From Paraspadella gotoi (taxonomy: Eukaryota > Animalia > Chaetognatha): a stretch of 64,000 nucleotides of DNA. Shown here piece by piece: positions 57,448 through 64,000 of the stretch. The notes beneath the pieces were generated by a model that did not search any database, was not told where the DNA came from, and saw only the letters and a list, made by a program, of their open reading frames with translations. Made by a program: the position numbers and the translations under genes. The stretch spans positions 18,979,590 through 19,043,589 of the forward strand of contig CM119264.1 in NCBI GenBank assembly GCA_051294375.1. Reading direction: 5' to 3'. Position 1 is the first letter of the stretch. Each line of letters starts with the position of its first letter.

Positions 57448-58891
57448 TCGCTCGAGGCTTCTGTGATTAATAGCGACGCCCATGTGTGAGAGGGACGATA
57501 ACACTTCACGGCAAAAACGATTAACTGGTTTCCTACAAACGGCTTCCCCTGCTACGACTAGATACACTTGGGTCGTTCTCAGAATTTGATTACATTATGC
57601 AACGAATTTTTTAGGTTAAATAGAGAAAAATGAATTAGTAGATGGAATAACTAATAATAATAATAATAATAGCATTAACTAGCAATAACATTGTAAACCA
57701 ATATTATTGATTTAGAACCTTCCCCTTCTTTAATCGCCTTTCCTTCCCTTCCTCCCTTCCTCCTCACGTAATCTGACACACATACTCTTTCTATTGAAAA
57801 TTGTATCCATTATCCAGCAGCACATTGTTAAAACCTATTCACGGAAGTCTCACGCTCGTACGCGATTTTAACTGAAATTGTTATTTAAAATCTCTTTCTC
57901 GTTTCCATCAACTATTTTTCTCAACTCTTTAGCCTCGACACCCTTAGACCATGTCCGCATTTAACCATATCCTTTTATGTCTATCCACGATCATTTCCTG
58001 CGTCCTAAACTTACCTCATCCCTTGCACGGCGACTTAATCCCCCACCCAAATCTCCTTATCCTAAACCCCTTCGATCGCCGGCGCAACTTTTAGAATCTG
58101 CTTTATTACCGGATTCGTTTGCGAGATAAAAAAGACTAATCGATCCGGAATCGTGAGAGGCAGGGCGCACGAAGGCGGGGGGCGGGAGGAAGAGAGGGAA
58201 AGATCTAGGGCGCCACGCGGAAAGAGTTAGAGAGAGAGAGAGCGAGAGAGAGAGCGAGCGAGAATGAAAGAAAAAAAATATAGTTAGAGATTGAGTGTTT
58301 CGAACACGCGATCGAGAGTGACGCGTCGTCTTCGTTGTCAGTTGGAAGTTCACGGAAACACAGTTATCGATTCCAATTGTCGAACATTGCCCCCGCCGCC
58401 GGCCCTGCCCTCCTCCAACGCTTCGCCGATGATTTATGGTTGTTTTCCCGTAAACCGCGCCTGATTTTTTTTTCTTTTTGCGTTTTGGGCCAGACCGTCC
58501 TAAAGCATTTGCATACTGGGTCCTCCCTAATGATTTTCCGATTCAATAATTGAGATTCTGCAGTTGGCGTCCTCCAATTTTTTTTTCTGGTTGAAAGAAG
58601 AGAAGAGTGCTCGAGAGGAAGAGGAGAGAGCAACTCCTTTCCATTTTTTCCCCTCGTTTCCCCATAATGAAATATTAATTAGAATATTAAAGCGAAGAAG
58701 GCGATCGCGTAATAAACGCGGTTTGCATACTGAGATTTATGGGTTTTTTTAAATTCTTGGCATATCGTCGGGGCCAGATCTTTTTCAATGCGAAGCCTGT
58801 GGTAAATAAGGGAAGGAGGCCGTCTTTAGAGCCGAAAACGGGAAGATAGGAAAAGCAATCAAAAGCAAAATCTCGAGAAATTCAAATTGAC

Positions 58892-58922
<31 letters not shown>

Positions 58923-60327
58923 AGGAAAAGATAAGGAGCAAGCAACCCAAGACGACTAAGACGCCAACGGAGACGAAAACAAAGAAGGAGAAGACCAATA
59001 AAAGCACGACGACGACGACGAAAAAGATAACGAGCTCAAAACTGACAACGACGACGACGACTGCAACGGCGAGGATGTACCAGATGCCTGTGAGGAATGA
59101 GGATGTAGGCGATGAAAGTCATTTAAGTGAATGGAACACAAAATGATTTGCATAATGAGGTAATGAAGCGCCGAGTTGAAACTTTTTTCCTCGCAGTTTG
59201 CACTCGAATCCTGTCTGATTTTAAAGAGAAAAAATCAATTAATCCGATTTTAAAGAGCTCAAAACCCATGAATCTTCTGAGATCTGATGTCAGTTCGAAA
59301 ACGTAAAACGAATCTAGTTGAACGTTTTTAAAACATCGTTGATAATTTTAATCAGTAAGCAAGTAAAAAATTCTGAGAGAAAAAAAATAGTTTTTCAAAA
59401 TTAATGCAAAGCTTACCAGATGTTACGAAAAAAATATGACTGATTACACAGGCTATAATGGAAACGAGAAGACTATAAACAAAGCCTGTTACTTCAGACT
59501 TAGAATATTGACATAAACAAATAGTTCGCAAGATAAAACATGTTCAAAATAGTAATTAGTATATCATATAAACATATCCAAAATAGTACACAGGGGCATT
59601 GTATCGCAAGATAGTTATTATAAGAAAGACATACTTTAATTCTCTGTACAAATTTCTAGTACAAGCGGAGAATGGTTTAAGGGAAGGAGACAGTAATCCA
59701 ACAAAGAAAACCATTTACAGTGTGGGCGAGAGGAATTTCACAAAGGAAGGAAGTTCGCTTAACAAGTTAACAGTGTGGGCGTCTCTTTGAAGTACGTGGC
59801 GGGCCGAGCAAATTGGGCGGGAGAAGATTCCGGGAGTGGGCGAGACTTTGACTATAAGGGCGAAAATGGAAGGAGAAGGAGTGAAAGAGCGTCTTGGTTT
59901 TTATTTACTCCAAGAAACAAACACGGGGGATGAATAAAATAAAAAATAATCAAGCAAAATATGAACTAAATTTATAATCAGAATCAGACAATATAAGTAT
60001 TAGGGGTTTTCCTTAAAACTCTTTATAGCGCAATAAAATTCAGCGTCAAAATTATCGTTTTATTCGAATTCTTTTCTCGACGATTTAAACTTATAGATAT
60101 GCGTAACGATTGCAGCCTAGTCTACGCCACCTTCCCTCCACCCCGTAATAAAAAATATTAACGAAGCCAATGAAAAATATTAATTCAAGAGCCAAGGTTT
60201 TTTAGAACTGTAACCTTCGGAAGCGGTCCCGGCGTAACCTTTTTAAAAACGTTTTTCCATTCTTTCCTCCCGCGCCCACGCTCTCGCCCACGCCAACGCC
60301 CACCCCTCGTCGTTTCCACCCAAACAG

Positions 60328-60532
60328 GCGCGGCGTCATCTGCGAGGCGCCGCCCCCGCCGCCGCCGATGGAGGGAGACTTCGTCGTGGAAAACTCGGCG
60401 TTGTGGCATTTCAAACCCGGCGTTGCGTCCTCGCCGCCGATGACGAGAAACGGCGTCGCCGTCGGCGTCGACCCGAGCGGCGCCGCCATCATCGCTGCCC
60501 CGATTCCCTACGACATCATTCATCAGGACAAG
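60328..60532 (+). CDS. IgSF receptor exon, cytoplasmic tail 1
   Basis: caaacAG|g cgc...aag|GTGAGA, 205 nt, phase 2 to 0, GC-rich. Completes the stop-transfer YRRG and encodes RGVICEAPPPPPPMEGDFVVENSALWHFKPGVASSPPMTRNGVAVGVDPSGAAIIAAPIPYDIIHQDK. Confidence 0.8.
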
Positions 60533-61301
60533 GTGAGAAAATATTTATACATAATTGACTTCGTGTCATTTTCATAAGAATCGTCATTTTCATCTTTATT
60601 ATATTTAATATTTAACTTCGTTTAAGTCAAAGAATGATATTCCGGGTTTGACGTTCTTCACAGATTTCGCGCGGATTATTTCAAACAAAAATATTTTGAA
60701 GCGAATAAAACATCCGATTTTTTACTCGACTTTCTTGTCGTTAAAAAAAAATCTCATATCACATCACATCAGTTCAGACGGTTTCTGTTTCTCTTCATAT
60801 GTTTGAAGTCGCTTTCAACTGATAGTTAAGATCCGCTTTTCATTTCATACACTTTCCTTATTTTATCTTTTAGAGTCCCATTCTGTTTAACCGCTCTAGC
60901 AAACTAATTACAATTTTATTTTCTCATTCCTTTTTCTCTCTCGTTTTGTTATTTTTATTTTAGTTTTTAATTTACTCCTAGTGTCCCATACAATACTTAA
61001 TATTTTTTTAAAGGTTTTTTCCTTCTTTTCCTTATACTTCAGGCTATAGTTAATGTCATTCAGTCTCTGTTTCCCTTCCTGTTGATCTCTTTCAATTTCC
61101 AGTCACACACGACGTAAGATCTTTCGTCTCGATCGTTCCCGCGCGCTCCCTCTAGTTAATCTTATTTGTCGACACTTCGCCCTCGTTTTTTTCCCGCTGA
61201 ACAAAGAAACGTTTCCATTACGACTTCGAATCACAAATCTCGCGACGAAGACGTGCGTAACGCTCGATACCGCATTTCGATGCGCAGATTATTTCATTCT
61301 T

Positions 61302-61389
<88 letters not shown>

Positions 61390-61872
61390 ACCTCTTTCTT
61401 TTCCATTTTTTCTCTCTAACCCAACTTTCCAACTGAAAGCACCGCGCCCCCTTGTCAATCCGTCACGCGCCTGGACCAACGTCGATTGTATTTTGTGGAA
61501 CCGGATTTGGCATTTGGCGCGATTGGAATCCGTTTCTCGCCGTCGACCGTGGACAACGAAGTCCTTTTTACGTCCGTGGGCGACGGAGGAGAACTTAAAA
61601 GAACGAAAGGAAACCGTGCTCTACTTTCATTTGAAGTTGCAGACGAAGTTCAGTTGAAGTTGCAGATAATTTTGTGGACGGGATGATTCAGGCTGGACAT
61701 TTGACTGTGTTCGCTATTAACGTTTTCAGCATATAAGCCCAACTGAAGGAAAAAGTAGGAACAGAAGCGAGAGAACCAATGAACGACGAGGAAGTCATAA
61801 CAACCGGGCGAGGCAATGGCGCGAATCGAAACTGCGTTCAACGGGCCTTGCACACTTTTCGTCTTTTTCTAG

Positions 61873-62028
61873 TCGCGATCCCCGGGCTTCGCTGCCTTCC
61901 TGCCGAGTTTCCGGGCACGCGAGCGATCGCCCCCTGCCACGCACCGCCCGAGGGGGCCCGCCATTCCGACCCGCCTTCCTATCAGCAGGCGCCTAACTTC
62001 CCCATCAACCCCCTTGTCCTCGGCCTGA
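61873..62028 (+). CDS. IgSF receptor probable terminal exon, cytoplasmic tail 2
   Basis: ctttttctAG|tcg. The phase-0 frame is open to TGA at 62026-62028. The other two frames carry DRPLP and APPEG...DPPSYQQA, so the internal reading frame is uncertain. Alternative stop at 62057. Confidence 0.65.
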   Translation, partial: SRSPGFAAFLPSFRARERSPPATHRPRGPAIPTRLPISRRLTSPSTPLSSA

Positions 62029-62225
62029 AACCTCCCCGTTCTAGAAATGAGAAATGATGGCGTTTGAACGTGAATTTTCTCTCGCGGCGGAAACACTTTC
62101 TCATCATGTTGCTCTTCACTTTTGAAAAAAAAACCTTTTTTTTTCATCGAAGGTACTACTTCTTTTCTTTCCTCTCTTTTCTCCGTTTTTTCCTTGGCTC
62201 AGTTTTTGTTTTTATCCTCTCTCTC

Positions 62226-62289
<64 letters not shown>

Positions 62290-62295
62290 TCTCTC

Positions 62296-62337
<42 letters not shown>

Positions 62338-63049
62338 TTCCACTTCGTATTCTTTTCCCCTTTTTTCGGTTTCTGTTTTTTTTTTCTTGAAAAGACGAAG
62401 ACGAAACTCATCGATCATCCGCGTCTTCTTCGTCGCGACGTCGACAGGACGCGATCCTCACGTGACTCAGACGATCACGTGATTCCCAAGCCTACGCGAA
62501 TGACGCGTGATCATCGACGAACGCGTGCGCGGACGCTCCGCGTGCGACGCGTCACCTCGACAGTGACGCCCGGACGTGTCGGCGCTGTCGTCGCTTTGAT
62601 AAATGGTGCCGCGGAGATAGGGCCTTATGTTTACGTCATCGCGAGTTAACGACCGGAAACGGTTGATCGAGAGTCCGAATTCCGGGGCGAGGGCGGAGAC
62701 GGCGCCGTCTCGCGATTCCATCGGGGATTTGTGTTCCGCGGTGACGATCGACTCTCGGGTCGTCGACCTACTCTTGTCTCGTTGGGTACGTCAAATGAAT
62801 TGGCTATACACGGGCCAACTCGTAAAATAAAGAAAGATAAGCAGTTTTAAATATGTTATAAATATTCACCGATTTCCTATTTTTAGTCGGATCTGCTTAT
62901 CAGCATGATGTGTGTGATTAAGCAGAATTTAACATTTCTATGGAGGAGTGGAAATTATTTGCATGAAAAAAACAACATTCAAGTAGACAAGATATTTTAT
63001 TATTTATGTTTACTCATAATAGTTTAAATTAGTTATTTAATTAATTAAA

Positions 63050-63285
63050 TTGAAAAAAATGATGCAATTTAAGAAAAATGATGCAAGTTGAAAAACTGAT
63101 GATGGTTAAAAAAAGTATGCAAGATAAAAAAATTAGGCGAGTTAAAAAAATGGTGCAAGTTGAAAAATGGTGTAAGTTGAAAAAATGATGCCAATTAAAA
63201 AAATGTGCAAATTGAAAAAATGATGCGAGTTTAAAAAATTATGCGAGGTAAAAAAATGATGCAAGTTGAAAAAATGGTGCGAGTT
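63050..63285 (+). repeat. Minisatellite, unit about 19 bp
   Basis: Repeated AAAAAATGATGCAAGTTG variants. Confidence 0.85.
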
Positions 63286-64000
63286 TTAATCCCTTGCAAG
63301 CGATTTACATGTATAGGCGCAGCCATTGGTTTGGTATGGTACGATCTGTTATTATCAGTAAGGATCACAAATTGAAAGAATTATCGTCATTTATCATCTG
63401 ATAAGCTGATTACCTCTTAATTATCGTAGGCAGATCCGACATTGTTTGCTCAAACTTGTTAATAACATTAAACGAATATCTAATTCGGGTCTACCTACGT
63501 AGTATGAAATGTATTCGTTCGGTTTAAATAAGTTTATACTCGTGAGTACTGAGTAGTATGAGTTGTATAGAATGATACATTTTTTTCTGTTCCTATTCCC
63601 ACGAACCTAATATTTTCCTCGAAAAAGTGAAAAATAGAAAGAAATGTAAATTGTTTAGAAATAACAATCGTTTCGGGCTTGTGACGTCTTTCACGTTTCA
63701 TACTTTCTCCTCTGTGTCCAACGATCACTTTTGCCTTTGTAAATTCTTTTTTAAAAATTATCTTCTTTCCAATTTTCTTCGCATTTTGTTCCCCTTCATT
63801 TCTTTTTACTACCATCTTTTGTTCCGCCTTTCCCTTTTCTCTGCTCCTTTTCCCATCCCGTTTTCCCCTTTCCTCTTCTTTTTCCTTTTTGCTCTTTTTT
63901 TTCCCTCTTTTTTTCATCAGCGACTCTTCCGTTCCTCTTCCTCTTCCTCCTCTTCTACTATGTTTTTTTGTCACTTTTTCGATCGAACGAAACTGAAGAA

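Noticed and set aside
57800-57970. Possible + strand endonuclease remnant (QQHIVKT...PLDHVRI)
   Set aside because: Only two weak motif echoes, which could be chance.
59400-59780. Possible LINE RT C-terminal remnant (LQT-LEY...MFKIV-like)
   Set aside because: Too degenerate, with multiple stops and frame changes, to support without a search.

Overview
This is eukaryotic (metazoan, probably invertebrate) nuclear DNA, not prokaryotic. It is AT-rich, saturated with (AG)n/(CT)n microsatellites, and shows no obvious CpG depletion. Nearly all ORFs in the supplied track are microsatellite artefacts (ERERER/SLSLSL). By hand-splicing GT-AG exons with matching phases I reconstruct one + strand gene over about 4.2/7.3-62 kb. 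It encodes a single-pass type I immunoglobulin-superfamily receptor: long basic leader plus hydrophobic signal, four Ig-like domains, a TM helix, and a Pro-rich tail with RPLPxPP- and PPSY-like motifs. Ig3 and Ig4 appear to lack the F-strand Cys. Several exons read sensibly only if single extra bases are removed, most likely long-read insertion errors. The introns hold a decayed Tc1-like transposase, Tc1-like ends, a Helentron/DINE-1-like element, several endonuclease-like LINE fragments, minisatellites and a 130-bp direct repeat flanking the Ig4+TM exons. A spliced upstream ORF starting MGCGGC is the most intriguing candidate novelty. No database searches were run, so family assignments rest on motifs only.
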